Source of the DNA: Felis catus
Lineage: Eukaryota
Direction of reading: 5' to 3'
Assembly: GCF_018350175.1 (NCBI RefSeq)
Contig: NC_058368.1
Coordinates: 173,168,001-173,232,000 of the forward strand
Length of the DNA: 64,000 bases
Shown piece after piece: positions 12,481 through 26,676 of the stretch (the first letter of the stretch is position 1; each line of letters starts with the position of its first letter). The notes below the pieces were generated by a model, which saw only the letters and a list, made by a program, of their open reading frames with translations, was not told where the DNA came from and did no database searches. The position numbers and the translations under genes were made by a program.

Positions 12481-13543
12481 TGTAGTTTTACCTTTATTGT
12501 AAACTAAAATCTTGTCAATAAATGGACTTGTTTATGGATTTTCTATTTTGTTCCATTAGTCCATTACAGACTTTTGAAATAGTTGTTGTGTTGATTATCT
12601 TGGGTTTTACAGGTAGGCACTTATGCCTGCTAATAATGGATCATTTTCTCTTTTCCTTTCTAGTATTTATACCTTTTTTTGTTGTTTGTTTCGTTACATT
12701 GATTATAGCTTCTAGAATAATGTTGATTGATTTCAGTGATAGAGTACATCTTTGTCTTGACTTGAATTTAATTGTAGAAGTATTCAGATGTTTTGTTTCA
12801 TATTTCTATTTTTTATTATGTTACAGAAATATTAATTGCTTATTTAATATTAGTGTTTTTAGGAATGGGTATTTAATCAAATGCTGCTTCATTTTTTAAC
12901 AAGATGATGGTATAGTTTTTCTCCTTTAATCAGTTAGTTTTATATAGTACATTAATACTATTTTCTAATTTTGGCACATCTTGCAATCTGGAGTAAATCT
13001 TACTTGGTCACTATATATTATGCTAACATAATACTGTATTTGCTTTCTTAATATGTTAGGATTTTTGCATCTGTATTCCTAGTGGCATTGGTTTTTGTAT
13101 AATTGTCCTTTTTTTGTACCTTCTGAATTAGATTTTAGTATCAAGTTTAAGCTATCACACTTTTTCACCTTCTGTTGTCCTGCCACAGTTTATATAGTAA
13201 AGGAATCATCCTTTTTTTTTTAAAGTTTATTTTTAAGAGAGAGAGAATGTGAGGGTATGAGCAGGGGAGGGGCAGAGAGAGAGGGAGACAGATCTTTTAC
13301 CTGTTTTTGAATTGGGTTGGTTGTTTTCTCACTGTTGAGTTTTGAAAGTTCTTTATATACTCTAGCTAAAAGTCCTTTATTAGGTACTTGCTTTTCAAAT
13401 ATTTTCTCTAAGTTCATGGCTTGTCTTTTCATTCTCTTATCAATATTTTGAATGCTAGAAGTTATTTTAATGACATCTGTTTGCCAATTTGTTTTTTATG
13501 GATTGTGCTTTTGGTGGTATATCTAAGAAATTGCTTAACCCAA

Positions 13544-14989
13544 CAAACTTCAAGCTGTATTACAAAGCTGTAATCATCAAGACAGTATGGTACTGGCACA
13601 AAAACAGACACACAGATCAATGGAACAGAATAGAGAACCCGCAAACGTATGGCCAACTAATCTTTGACAAAGCAGGAAAGAATATCTAATGGAATAAAGA
13701 CAGTCTCTTCAGGAAATGGTGTCGGGAAAACTGGACAGCGACATGCAGAAGAATGAACCTAGACCACTTTCTTACATCATACATAAAAATAAACTCAAAA
13801 TGGTTGAAAGACCACAATGTAAGACAGGAAGCCATTGAAAAAATCCTAGAGTAGAAAACAGGTAACAACTTCTGTGACCTCAGCTGCAGCAACTTCTTAC
13901 TTGATGGTCTCCAGAGGCAAGGGGAATGAAAAATGAACTATTGGGACCTTATCAAAATAAAAAGCTTCTGCACAGCAAAGGAAACAATTAACAAAACTAA
14001 AAAGCAAATGATAGTTGGGAGAAGATATTTGCCAATGACATATTAGATAAAGAGTTAGTATCCAAAATCTATAAAGAATTTATAAAATGCAACACCCAAA
14101 AACAAATAATCCAGTGAAGAAATGGGCAGAAGACATGAGTAGACACTTTTCCAAAGAAGACATCCAGATGGCCAGCTGACACATGCAAAAATGCTTAACA
14201 TCACTCAACATCAGAGAAATACAAACCAAACCACAATGAGATACCACCTCACACCAGTAAGAATGGCTAACATTAACAACTCAGGCAACAACAGATGTTG
14301 GCGAGGATGCAGAGAAAGAGGATCTCTTTTACACTGTTGGTGAGAATGCAAACTGGTGCAGCCACTCTGGAAGACAGTATGGAGGTTCCTCAAAAAGTTA
14401 AAAATAGAATTACCCTATGACCCAGCAATTGCACTACTAGTTATTTATCCAAGGGATACAGGTATGTATGCTGTTTTGAAGGGACCCATGCATCCCCATG
14501 TTTATAGCACCACTACCAGCAATAGCCAAAGTATGGAAAGAGCCCAAATGTCCATCAGTGGATGAATGGATAAAGAAGATGTGGTATATATAGATAATGG
14601 AATATTACTTGGCAATTAAAAAGAATGAAATCTTGCCATTTGGAACTATGTGGATGGAACTAGAGAGTATTATGCTAAGCGAAATTAGAGAAAGACAAAA
14701 ATCATATGATTTCACTTATATGTGGAATTTAAGATACAAAACATGAACATAAGGGAAGAGAAACAAAAATAATATATAAACAGGGAGGGGGACAAAACAG
14801 AAGAGACTCATAAATACGGAGAACAAACAGGGTTACTGGAGGGGTTATGGGAAGGGGGATAGGCTAAATGGGTAAGGGACATTAAGGAATCTACTCTTGA
14901 AATCGTTGCACTATATGCTAACTAACTTGGATGTAAATTTAAAAAATTAAAAAAAAACAAACTTACAGTGCCAAGGGGGGAAAAAATAA
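13544..14989 (+). mobile_element. 5'-truncated feline L1 (~1.45 kb), sense strand, with 19-bp TSD
   Basis: TSD aagaaattgcttaacccaa at 13525-13543 and 14990-15008. ORF2 peptide [21 protein letters not shown]; 3' UTR and A-tail. Confidence 0.92.
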
Positions 14990-15145
14990 AAGAAATTGCT
15001 TAACCCAAGTTCACAAGGATTGTCTCTTGTGATTTATTTTAGAAATATTATGTTAGGTGCTACATTTAGATCTATGATCTATTTTGAGTTAATTTTTATA
15101 TAGTGTAGTATAGCTCCATGTTCATTTTTTTGCACATCATACCCA

Positions 15146-15960
15146 ATTTTTTTTTTTAACATTTATTCATTTTTGAGAGCGAGAGAGACAGCATGAGTGG
15201 GAGAGGGGCAGAGAGAGAGGGACACACAGAATCAGTGGTAGGCTCCAGGCTCTGAGCTGTTGGGTCAGAGCCTGACACGGGGCTCAAACTCACGGACTGT
15301 GAGATGAGACCTGAGCCGAAGTCAGACGCTCAACCGACTGAGCCACCCAGGCGCCCCAACATCATACCCAATTTTTTGAGCACTGTAGGTTGGAAAGGCT
15401 TTTCTTTCTTCACTGTACCATTGCACCTGTGTTAAAAATCAGTCATGTTTATTTATGTGAATTTAATTCTAGACTTTATTCCACTGATCTTTTTGTCTGT
15501 CTTAACTCAGTTTATAATGCTGCTTTGATTATTATAGTGTGTGTGTGTTTGTTTGTTTGTTTGTTTATTTATTTATTTATTTATTTTAGAAAGCACACAA
15601 ACAGGGGAGAGGGACAGAGGGGGAAAGAGAAAGAATCTTAAGTAGACTCCACACTCAACATGGAGCCTGATGTGGGGCTTGATCCCATGACCCTGGGATC
15701 ATGAGCTGAGCCCATATCAAGAGTCAGATGCTCAGCCAAGTGACCCAGCCAGGTCCCCTCCCCCTTTTTAAGTTTGTTTGTTTTCTTTTGAGAGAGAGAG
15801 AGAGAGAGTATGAGTGGGGGAGGGGCAGAGGGAGAGAGAGAATCTTAAGCAGGCTCCATGCCCAGCACAGAGCCTGACATAGGGCTTGATCTCATGACTG
15901 TGAGATCATGACTTGAGCCCAAAGGTGAGACGTTTAACCGAGTGAGCTACCCGGTACCCC
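15146..15960 (-). mobile_element. Three antisense Can-SINEs
   Basis: Repeated antisense bodies; TSD acatcatacccaatttttt around the first. Confidence 0.85.
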
Positions 15961-17356
15961 TGATTACTATAGGTTTTTGAAATAAAACAGTGTCAGTCTT
16001 CTTTGATCTTTGTTAGAGGTTTTTGGCTATTCTAGTTCCTTTGTATTTCTACATGAATTTTGAAATCAGTTTGCCAGTTCTACAGAAATTTTGTTAGTTA
16101 TTTGATTGGAATGATGTTGAATTTATAGGTCGATTTGAGGGAGAATTAATATCTTAATATGGAGACTTCTGGCCAATGAGTAAGGTATATTTTTCTATTT
16201 CTTTAAGGTTGTCTCTAACATCTCATGGCAATATTTTGTAGTTTTCAACATACAGATCTTTCACATCTTTTGTCAGATTTAACCCTAGGTATTTGATGGT
16301 TTTTGATGCTTTTGTAAATGGAATTCTTTTAACATTTCAGGTTTTTTTTTTTTTGGTAGAATATGCATAGAAATGATTTTTGTATTTTTTCTTGTATTTT
16401 GCAACCTTGGAAACTTATTCTAGTATATTTTTATAGATTCCATCAAATTTTCTACATGGCCATGTTTATTTATTAATGTTTATTAATAAAGACTGTTTTG
16501 CTTTTTTCTTTGCAATCTGGATTCCTTATATTTCTTTTTGTTGTTTGATTTCCCAGACTGGAACCTCTTGTATAATGTTGAATAGAAAATGCCAAGAATA
16601 GACCTCTTGGTCTTGTTCTTGATCTTAGGAGGAATGCATGTAGTCTTCCATTATTATGATGTTAACTGTAGGTTTTCCATAGACACCTTTTATTGGGTTC
16701 TCGGTTTTTTTAAAAAAAAAGTTTATTTTTTTAGTAATCTCTGTATCCAATGTGGGGCTCAAACTCACAACCTTGAGATTAAGAGTCACATGTTCTTCCA
16801 ACTGAGATGGTCACATGCCCCGAAGAAGTTCTCTTTTGTTTCTAGTTTACCAGTTGAGAGTTTTGATCAGGAATGAATATTAGATTTTGTGAAATGCTTT
16901 TTCTGTATGGATTGAGATGAACTTATAATAATCCTTTTTAAATTCGTTTTAATATTGTGAATCACATTGATCTTTGAATGTTAAAGAAATTCAGCATTCT
17001 TGGGACAAACTCCAATTGTTCATGATGTATTATCCTTTCATAATGTTGGATTTGATTTGATAAAATTTTAATTGGGATTTTTGCACCCCTGTTTATGAGG
17101 GTTATTAGTTTGTAGTTTTCTCGTAATATTTGTGTTTGGTTTTGATGTTGGGTGATTTGGGCTTTATTGAATGAGTTGGAAAATATATCATCTTCAGTTT
17201 TCTGGGATAGTTTCAGTAGAATTAGTATTATTTCTAACTTAAATGTTTGATAGAATTTACCAGTAAAGTCATCGGGGCTTGAAGTTTTGTTTGTGGGAAG
17301 TATTTTAACTACAATTTTGATTTCATTATTACATATAAGGCTATTCAGGTTAAGTC

Positions 17357-17987
17357 TTGTTTTTTTAATTTTATTTTTTATTTTTTTAAATTTGCATCCA
17401 AATTGGTTAGTATATAGAGCAACAATGATTTCAGGAGTAGATTCCTTAGTGCCCCTTACCCATTTAGCCCATCCCCCCTCCCACAACCCCTCCAGTAACC
17501 CTCAGTTTGTTCTCCATATTTATGAGTCTCTTCTGTTTTGTCCCCCTCCCTGTTTTTATATTATTTTTGTTTCCCTTCCCTTATGTTCATCTGTTTTGTC
17601 TCTTAAAGTCCTCATATGAGTGAAGTCATACGATTTTTGTCCTTCTCTAATTTCACTTAGCATAATACCCTCCAGTTCCATCCACGTAGTTGCAGATGGC
17701 AAGATTTCATTCTTTTTGATTACCGAGTAATACTCCATTGTATATACCACATCTTCTTTATCCATTCATCCGTTGATGGACATTTGGGGTCTTTCCATAC
17801 TTTGGCTATTGTTGAATAGTGCTGCTATAAACATGGGGGTGCATGTGTCCCTTCAAAACAGAACACCTGTATCCCTTGGATAAATGTCTAGTAGTGCAAT
17901 TGCTGGGTCGTAGGGTAGTTCTATTTTTGGTTTTTTGAGGAACCTCCATACCATTTTCCAGAGTGGCTGTACCAGCTTGCATTCCCA
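17357..17987 (-). mobile_element. Feline L1 3' fragment (~630 bp)
   Basis: T-rich tail, 3' UTR of the same family as 13544-14989, ORF2 end; terminates at ...ttgcattccca. Confidence 0.9.
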
Positions 17988-18234
17988 TTAAGTTAACTCT
18001 TTCTTGAGTGAGCTTTGATTGTGTCTTTCAGGGAATTTGTCCATTCCAACTACATTGCTAATGTAAAGTTGTTTTTAATATTAACTTTACCCTTTTTAAA
18101 ATCTGTAGATGTATAATGATAACACCTCTCTGGTTTCTGATATAATTTCTTTAATCCTAATCAGTTCAGTTTTATTGCTTTCTGTTCATTGATTTTTCTG
18201 CATTGTTTGTCTGTTTTCTCTTTCATTGATCTCT

Positions 18235-20104
18235 TTTTTTTTCTAATTTTTTTAAACATTTATTTACTGAGAGACAGAGAGACATAGCACGTGAGCAGGG
18301 GAGGGGTAGAGAGAGGGGGAGACACAGAATCTGAAGTAGGCTCCAGGCTTTGAGCTGTTAGCACAGAGCCCAACGCGGAGCTCGAACTCACGAACCGTGA
18401 GATCATGTCCTGAGCTGAAGTCAGTTGCCTAACCAACTGAACCACCCAGGCGCCCCTCTTTCATTGATTTCTACTTTGGTATTTTTATTTTTTTGAAAAA
18501 AATTTTTTAAATGTTTATTTATTTTTGAGAGAGAGAAAAGGAGGGGCAGAGAGAAAGGGAGACACAGAATCTGAAGCAGGATCCAGGCTCTGAACTATCA
18601 GCACAGAGCCCGACGCAGGGCTGGTACCCATGAACTGTGAGATCATGACCTGAGCCAAAGTCAGATGCTTAACCGACTGAGCTACCCAGATAGCCCTGGT
18701 TTTTATTATTTCCTTTCTTCTGCTTACTTTAATTCCTTCTGTTTTGTTTTTTGTTTTTATTTAAAAAAAATTTTTTTTAACGTTTATTTATTTTTGAGAC
18801 AGAGAGAGACAGAGCATGAACGGGGAAGGGGCAGAGAGAGAGGGAGACACAGAATCGGAAGCAGGCTCCAGGCTCTGAGCCATCAGCCCAGAGCCCCATG
18901 CGGGGCTCAAACCCACGGACCGCGAGATCGTGACCTGGCTGAAGTCGGACGCTTAACCGACTGCGCCACCCAGGCGCCCCTGTTTTTTGTTTTTATTTTA
19001 GTGCACAAGTAGAGGAGAATAGCAGAGGGAGAGACAGAGAATCTTTTTTTTTTTTTTTAAGTTTATTTATTATTTATAGTTTGAAAGAGAGAGTGAATGA
19101 TCGGGGCTGAGGCAGAGAGGGAGGGAGGGAGAGAGCATTCCGAAGCGGGCTCCCCACTGTCAGCATGGAGATGGACTCAGGGCTTGAACTCATGAATCGT
19201 GAGATCATGAACTGAGTCAAAATCAGGAGTCAGATGCTTAACTGATGGAGCTACCCAGGCACTCTTAGAGAATCTTAAGCAGGCTCCATGCTCAGTGTGG
19301 AGTCCATTGTGGGGCTTAATCACCCACAACCCTGGGATCATAACCTGAGCTGAAATCAAGAGTTGGTTGCTCAATTGACTGAGCCACCCAGGTGCCCCTA
19401 CTTTTATTTTCTTAATTTGGAAGGAAGTTAAGGTCATTGATTGGAGACATTTATTTCTTTTGAGAATGAGAGAGCAAGTGGGGGAGGGGGAGAGCAAGAG
19501 GGAGAGAGAGAATCTTAAGCATGCTCCATGCCCAGCACCCCAGCACGGAGCCAGACATGGGGCTAGATCTCACTGGGGCTAGATCTTAGTCCTGAGATCA
19601 TGAGTCTGTGTTGAAATCAAGAGATGCTTAACTGACTGAGCCACCCTGATGTCCTGACATTTATTCTTTTTGATATTGGTGTTTAATGCTATAATTTCCC
19701 ATTAAAGCATGCTGCAGATTCTTACATGTTGTGTTTTCATTTTTATTCAATTCAAAATACTTTATAATTTCCCTTTGTGTTTTTGGTTTTGTTTTTTTTG
19801 TTTTGTTTTAGATTTATGGGTTATTTAGAAGTGTGTTATTTATTTTCTAAATACTTGGGAGTGTTTCTAGAGATTTTTTGTTACTGATTTTTTTTTTAAG
19901 TTTTTATTTTGTTTTTTTATTTTGAGAGACATAGAGAACATGAGTGGGGGGAGGGGCAGAGAGAGAGAGGGAGAAAGAGAATCCCAAACAGGCTCCATGC
20001 CGTTAGCGTGGAGTCCCATGTGGGGTTCAGTCTCATGAACTGTGAGATCATGACCTGAGCTGAAATCAAGAGTTGGACACTTAACTGAGCCACCTAGGTG
20101 CCCC
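18235..20104 (-). mobile_element. Cluster of ~7 antisense Can-SINEs, including a young SINEC_Fc (~18765-18980) and a nested copy (~19045-19262)
   Basis: Successive gagccacccagg heads and T tails. Confidence 0.85.
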
Positions 20105-20593
20105 TTGTTACTGATTTCTAATTTAATTCCTTTGGCCGTATGTACTTTATATGAGTTGAATCTTTTAGAAATTGATTGAACTTTGTTTTGTGGCCCAGAA
20201 AATCACTTATCTTGGTAAATATTTCATGTGTACTTGAGAAGAATGTGTTTTTTGTGTTTTTTTTCCCTATAATTATCAATATAATCAAGTTGGCTGATAT
20301 TGTTGTCAAATCTATATCCTTATTTATTTTCTGCAAATATTACAACTATTTTGACAGAGATACTAAATAAAGGCTGTGTGTGTAATTGTGGATTTGTCTG
20401 TCTCTTCTCAGTATTGTCAGTTTTTGTTTCATATATTTTGAAGTTTTATTATTATGTATGTAAACTTAAGAATTTTATCTCTTCTTGATAATTGATCCCT
20501 TTATCATTATGAGATTATCTTTTTTATTGCTGGTGATATCCTTTGTTCTGACATCCACTTATTATGACATATATATAGCTATCCAGTCTTCTC

Positions 20594-21499
20594 TTTTTTT
20601 TTATTGATAGGAAAATTCTTTAATCAAAACAAGCTTATATGTTAATATTTATGGCTTAATTAGAATAAGTCTGTCCAAATTAAAATTGTATTAAGGACCA
20701 AATACAGAATGACTCGTTTGTGTTATGTAATAGAATTCCCTCAAAACAATGGGTCCTATTTCCTTTTTAAGATCTATGAAAAGCAAAACATCCAATTTTT
20801 GAAATAATTTAATTTTTCATCTACAGATGAATATAATTAACCATGAGGTTAAAACATAATATATGTCACATGCGAATACTATTTTTTGGTGGAACTTACA
20901 AATCGTAGACCTAAAATTGTAACTATCTTGTCTTAATTTCCCCCCATTTACTTAGTTTTCAAACATGAGAAGTGTCTTTGAGCTATTGAAAATTACTCAA
21001 TGAACTAATATTCAAAACAATATTTTTGGTATGCTGTCCTTTAGCTATATACCCATAAATGTTGTATGTTAACATTGGGTTTAATACAGAGACTGTCAAA
21101 GTGCCAGTACTTTTTACTTTTTCTGCTGCTTTGAAGAAATGAATGTGTACATTCTTTGCAATCCTGTCACATAAATGATACAGAAATGAGAATAAAGTTT
21201 CCTTTTAATATAGCCATGTTTTCCAATAGTGAATTTTTTTCAAAAAAATTTTTTTTAGTTTTTTTAATGTTTATTTATTTTTGAGAGACAGAGAGAGACA
21301 GAGCACGAACAGGGGAGGGACAGAGAGAAGGGAGACACAGAATAGGAAGCTTGCTCCAGGCTCTGAGCTGTCAGCACAGAGCCCAATGCACAGGGCCCAA
21401 ACCCATGAATTGTGAGATAATGACCTGAGCCGAAGTCGGACGCTTAACCAACTGAGCCACCCAGGCGTCCCTCAGTTTTTTAAAATGTTTTTATTTATT

Positions 21500-21545
<46 letters not shown>

Positions 21546-22997
21546 TGTCATTGAGGGAGGGACAGAGAGAGAGGGAGACACAGAATCTGAAGCAGGCTCC
21601 AGGCTCTGAGCTGTCAGCACAGAGCCTGATGTGGGGCTTGAACCTGCTAACTGCGAGATCATGACCTTTGCCAAAGACCAAAAGCTTAACCGACTGAGCC
21701 ACTCAGGTGACTTTCAAATAGGTTACTTTTTTAATGTGGTATTTACTTAAATTTAGTATATAAGCATCAGAGATTGATTTTTTTCTCCCTAAATAAGAAA
21801 ATACAACTTCTATGACTTCCTTAATGAGTTTGACTTAAAAAGAAAACTTAGGAAGTTGAGATATTACTTAAAAACAAACTTGTTTTAAATTTTATCTACT
21901 AGTGCTTATTAGGGGTATTAGATGGTTCATTTCAAGAGGGTTAATAACCCTAAACCAGACTTATTCCTGTATATAATCCATTTTGTTTTGTTCAGGACAG
22001 TCCTGTGATTTTACTGAATTCCCAGGCACAAAACTAAATTATCTTCAAGTTTTGTACTTTGTACAATTGTCACTTCAACTTTAGTTAAGTATCTGGTTCT
22101 GTTACAGAAAGGCATAAAGATATTGTTACAGAGAAGCAGAATAATGTAACACCATGTAGACTGGGAGATTAAAATAGACTTTTGATAAAAGGAGAGAATC
22201 AGTACTTAGGTAGATGTAGCATTTATTTTTAACTTTATTTATTTTGAGAGCAAGCGAACAGGGGAGAGGCAGAGAGTGGGAGAGGGAGAATCCCAAGCAG
22301 GCTCCACACTGTCAGCATGGAGCCAGACGTGGGGCTTGAACTCATGAACTGTGTGATCATGACTTGAGCCGAAATCCAGAGTTGGATGCTTAATCGACTG
22401 AGCCACTCAGGCGCCCCCTAGATGTAACATATTTTATCTATCATAAATTTCTTTGCCTTTTACAAAACTCATGAGTGAAAGGACAGTCTGTAAATCCAAG
22501 ATTTAAAAAAACTGCACAAAACCCACGATATTTGGGGAAAAGGTTTATACAAAGTTTTTCAAGTGGAAGTTTTTTCTGTCAATTATGCAATAACATATAC
22601 ACTAATTGAATATATGTCACAACCATAATTCTAAATTTATCATTTTCTAAATGGAATTTCCTCATATTTGCTGTAGGATAAGCTTTACTATTACACAAGT
22701 ACAGTGAACGATAATGTTTAGTTACTTTTAAGCAAAGTAAAGCAGTTTTCTTTCTCAAAGTGAGTTTAAACATCAAAACAGGCCTATAAAATTTTAAAAC
22801 TTTTCAGCAGTCTCAGTATTTCAAATGAAAACCATTATAAACTTCTCAAATGATCTTTATGTTATAAATCTGTCAACCTAGTTACCTAGTGTAGAATTCT
22901 TCAGAGATTTTTCTGTGTCTTCGCTGGATGGCTTTTTGTTAGTGTCGGCCTCATGTTTGTGTTTGCTTTCTTTGTTGTTACATTCATTATGTTGTGG
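20594..22997 (-). pseudogene. PSIP1: 5'-truncated processed retrocopy of PSIP1 (LEDGF/p75): last ~39 codons, 3' UTR and poly(A) remnant, interrupted by SINEs
   Basis: Minus strand 22997-22878 reads PQHNECNNKESKHKHEADTNKKPSSEDTEKSLKNSTLGN*, close to the recalled LEDGF/p75 C-terminus (PQHNGESNEDSKDNHEASTKKKPSSEERETEISLKDSTLDN*). An AT-rich UTR, ATTAAA (20624-20619) and A9 (20602-20594) follow. Confidence 0.85.
21245..22418 (-). mobile_element. Three Can-SINEs inserted in the PSIP1 retrocopy (~21245-21471, ~21475-21710, ~22222-22418)
   Basis: Consensus bodies; flanks tagatgtagcat / tagatgtaacat around the third. Confidence 0.88.
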
Positions 22998-23664
22998 CCA
23001 TTAAGCTTGCTTTTGACTTGTCTTCCATGCTGTTTTTCCCCATCCTATTATTTTAAATCTATTTGAATCTTTACATGTAAAGTACATTTCTTATAGTTAG
23101 CATGTATAGTTGAGTCTTGCTTTATTATCCAATCTGACCATCACTGCCTTTAATTTTGTTGTGTAGACCATTCACATTTTATGTGATTATTGGTAAGGTT
23201 AGATTTGGATCTATCATCTTGCTGTTTGTTTTCAGTTTGTTCCATCTGTTCTTTGTGTCCTTTTTTGACTTTCTGGGTTTTCTTCTGTATTAATCAAGTC
23301 TTTTTTATGATCTCATCTTCCTTTTTTGACTTACTGGTTATAACTCTTATTATTTTAATGGTTTATTTAGAGATTTTAGTATGTCTGTTTTGCCTATCAT
23401 AATGTAACCTCATGATGTTATACCACCTCATGTATAATGTAAGCATTTTATGATAGTTTACTTTTATTACTTTGCCCTGAACTTTATGTTATTGTTGTCA
23501 TGTGTTTTTCTTGTACATATATTATAAGCCCCATAGTACATTGTTATTATTTTGCTTAAACAATCAGTTTTTGAAGCTAAGGAGAAACAATCATATATTT
23601 ATCAGTGGTTTCCATTTTTGGTGCTCTTCAGTCCTTTGTGTAACTTTATATCTGGTGTCATGGT

Positions 23665-24017
23665 ATCATGGTTTTCAGTGTGATTGGGCTGCCATAGCAA
23701 AATATTATAGATTAAGTGGTTTAAAGAACATAAATTTATTTCCTCACAGTTTTGGAGACTGGAAGTCTAAAATCAAGGTGCCAACAGGGTCATTGTCTGG
23801 TGAGGACCCTCTCCTTGGGTTGTAGATGGCTACCTTTTCACTGTGTACTTATATGGCTTTTCCTCCCTGATGCACTGGTTGAAAGAGAGTAAGTTCTCTG
23901 GTGTCTCATTCTATAAGATACTGTCTAAATATCAATACATTGGGGATTAGGACTTCATTGTATGAATTTTGGATGGGTGTAGGGGGAGATGTGATGACAT
24001 AGTCTAGTCCATTGCAG
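23665..24017. mobile_element. MaLR (MLT1-type) solo LTR
   Basis: Diagnostic 'gggctgccatagcaaaata...agtggtttaaagaaca.aaatttatt..ctcacagtt.tggaga.tggaagtc.aa.atcaaggtg' and 'acattggggattagg'. Confidence 0.75.
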
Positions 24018-26676
24018 TGTTCCTGCTTCCTCTAGGGCTTTACTATTTCTTGTGAGTAGGTCACATGGCTGAAGTTACTGCTTCTCTTTGTACTTTCTCA
24101 AGTACTGGCTGTTTCTTCTTTGTTTCACGACAGTACTACTGACCCGGAGGTGGGGTAAGTACCCTCTTACTTGTTTCCAGACTTACTAGAAAAACCTAGT
24201 TTGAAACACAAACCATTGTGGTAGGCCTGCTACCCCACCCGTGAAGTAGTCATCTCCTATCCTCTGGGTCACCTGCCCCTCACCAACCATCCCACTTCAT
24301 GACCATTCATTGACAATTTTAACAGCTACTTATTAGACTGAAGCATATGAAGTTGCAGTTTTTGTAGGTTCAACCTAAGGTATGATCTGTCCAGTATGCT
24401 GGCCTCTCAGTTCTCTGACCTTTTGGCCATCAACTCCCATGGATCATACCATGTCAGCCTTTCTCAAGTGGGGTTCGGAGAGAGAAGTAAGCCTAATGCC
24501 CAAGACATCCACTGTATGTAATGAATTAACCTCTGTCTTTTGCATCTAGAATGGTTTCAGTTATGTACCATCCTTGGGAGAAATAAGGAAACAGCCAGTT
24601 CATTTTCTGTGTTCTCTGGTTCCTCAACCCTGGTTGAACCTGTCAGTAATAATTGTGCCACTTCCAAGATCTTGTTTTCAGATCTCCCATTCTTTGGTGA
24701 TCACCACCACCTATCTTTTCCAACTCACTCCCTCTAATACCCTAACTGCAATAATCCTTCAGCCACACTAGGATGTCTAATTCCAGACTATCACCTTTTC
24801 ATTGTCCCATTACCCTGTCACGTCCTCACTTCTCACTAATTTAGATTTCATTGTTATCATATTAACAATTCCCTTGAATATTCTCTCAACTCACTTCTAA
24901 TTTCTGTTGTACTCCCTGGCAAAACCCAATTTTGGTTAAATCCAACCCTCCATCTATTTATTTGTGTCCCTACGTAAGCAGCACAACAATGCTGACTGGG
25001 TTCACATTATATTTAAGGCCATAAACCTCAAGTGGCCCCTCAGTACTGCCTAGCAATCCACATGTTTCCACAGTCTGTTTATTCCTCTACTATCCCAGAG
25101 ACTCTGTTGCTTCTCCTCTGCTGTCCTCAAACCTCCAATATCTATCCTGACTCGACTGTCACCATTCTTCTTTGTTTTGATACAACAACTTTGTCTCATA
25201 AATATGATTCACACATTATATAATTCACTAACTTAAAGTGTAATCCAGTGGTTTTTAATATATTCATAGTTGTGCAGCTATAACCACTATCAATTTTGTA
25301 GCATTTTCAGTAACTGAAAAAGAAACCTGTTCCCATTAGCAGTCACTCTCCATTTCCCTGCCAACATCCAGCCTTAGGCAACCACTCATCTACTTCTGTC
25401 TCTATGGGTTTGCCCATTCTGGGCATGCCATGTAAATGGAATCATACCATATTTGGTCTTTTGTGACTGGGTTCTGTCACTTAACATATGTTTTAAAGTT
25501 CATCTATGTCATAGCATGTGTCAGTACTTCATTCCTTTTTTTTTTTTTTTAATAGCAGCTACACCATTTTATACTTATATCAACAATATACTAGGATTCT
25601 AATTTCTCCACATCCTTGGCAACATTTGTTATTTTCTGTGTTTTTTTAAAAAATAATTATTATAGGGATGCCTGGCTGGTTCAGTTGGAAAAGTTGTGCA
25701 ACTCTTGATCTCGGGGCTGTGAGTTCAAGCCCCATGTTGTGTGTAGAGATTACTTAAAATCTTTACAGGAAATTATTATAACCACCTTACTGAGTGTATA
25801 GTGGTTATCACATTGTGGTTTTGATTTGCATTTTCCTAATGTCTAATGATCTAGGTCATCTTTTTATATGCTTCTTGGCCATATCTAAGAAATATCTAAG
25901 TTCTTTGCCCATTTATTAGTTGCAATTGTTTGTTGTTGAATGGTGTTAATTTTTATATTGTGCCTATTAAATCCTTATATAATATGATTTGCAGATATTT
26001 TCTTCCATTCTCTGAGTTGTCTTTTTCACTTCGTTGATGGTGTTCTTTGATGCAGAAAAGCTGTAAATTTTGATGAAGTCCAGTTTATTTCTTTTGCTTT
26101 GTTGTTTGCACTTTTTATGTTATATCTAAAATTTTTTTGGCAAATAGAGTCATGATAGTCTTTAAATGTTTATAGTTTTTGCTCTTTGATCCATTTTGAG
26201 CTAATTTTTGTATATGGTACGAGGTAGACATATGTGTATGTGTGCATGCATGTCTTGTGTAGTTTAAAATACATATAAAACTTACCATTTTAACCATTTT
26301 AGGTGTACAGTTCAGTGGCATTAAATATATTCACATTGTTGGTTAGTTGTAGGAGTTTTTATATACTGTGGATATTAACTCCTTTTCAGATACGTGGTTT
26401 GTAAATATTTTCTCAGACTCTGCAGGTTGCTTTTTTACTCTGTTAATAGTATCTTGATGCCCAGTAGTTTTTAAGTTTTGCTATAATTAAGTTTGTCTGT
26501 TTTTTCTTTTGTTGCTTGTGCTTTTGGTGTCATATCCAGGTTATCATTACCAAATCAAGTGTTATGAAGCTCTCCCCACTATTCTTCTAAGAGTTTTAAT
26601 ATTGTAGCTTTTACATTTAGGTCTTTTGTCCACTTTGTGTTAGCTTTTGTATATCATGTGAGATAGGGATCCAGCT

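Larger units (their letters stand above)
13290..23650 (-). mobile_element. Long decayed antisense L1M scaffold hosting many younger insertions (SINEs, L1s, PSIP1 retrocopy)
   Basis: Collinear antisense ORF2 remnants, e.g. ORFs 13220-13432, 16962-17486 and 20118-20336. Confidence 0.65.
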
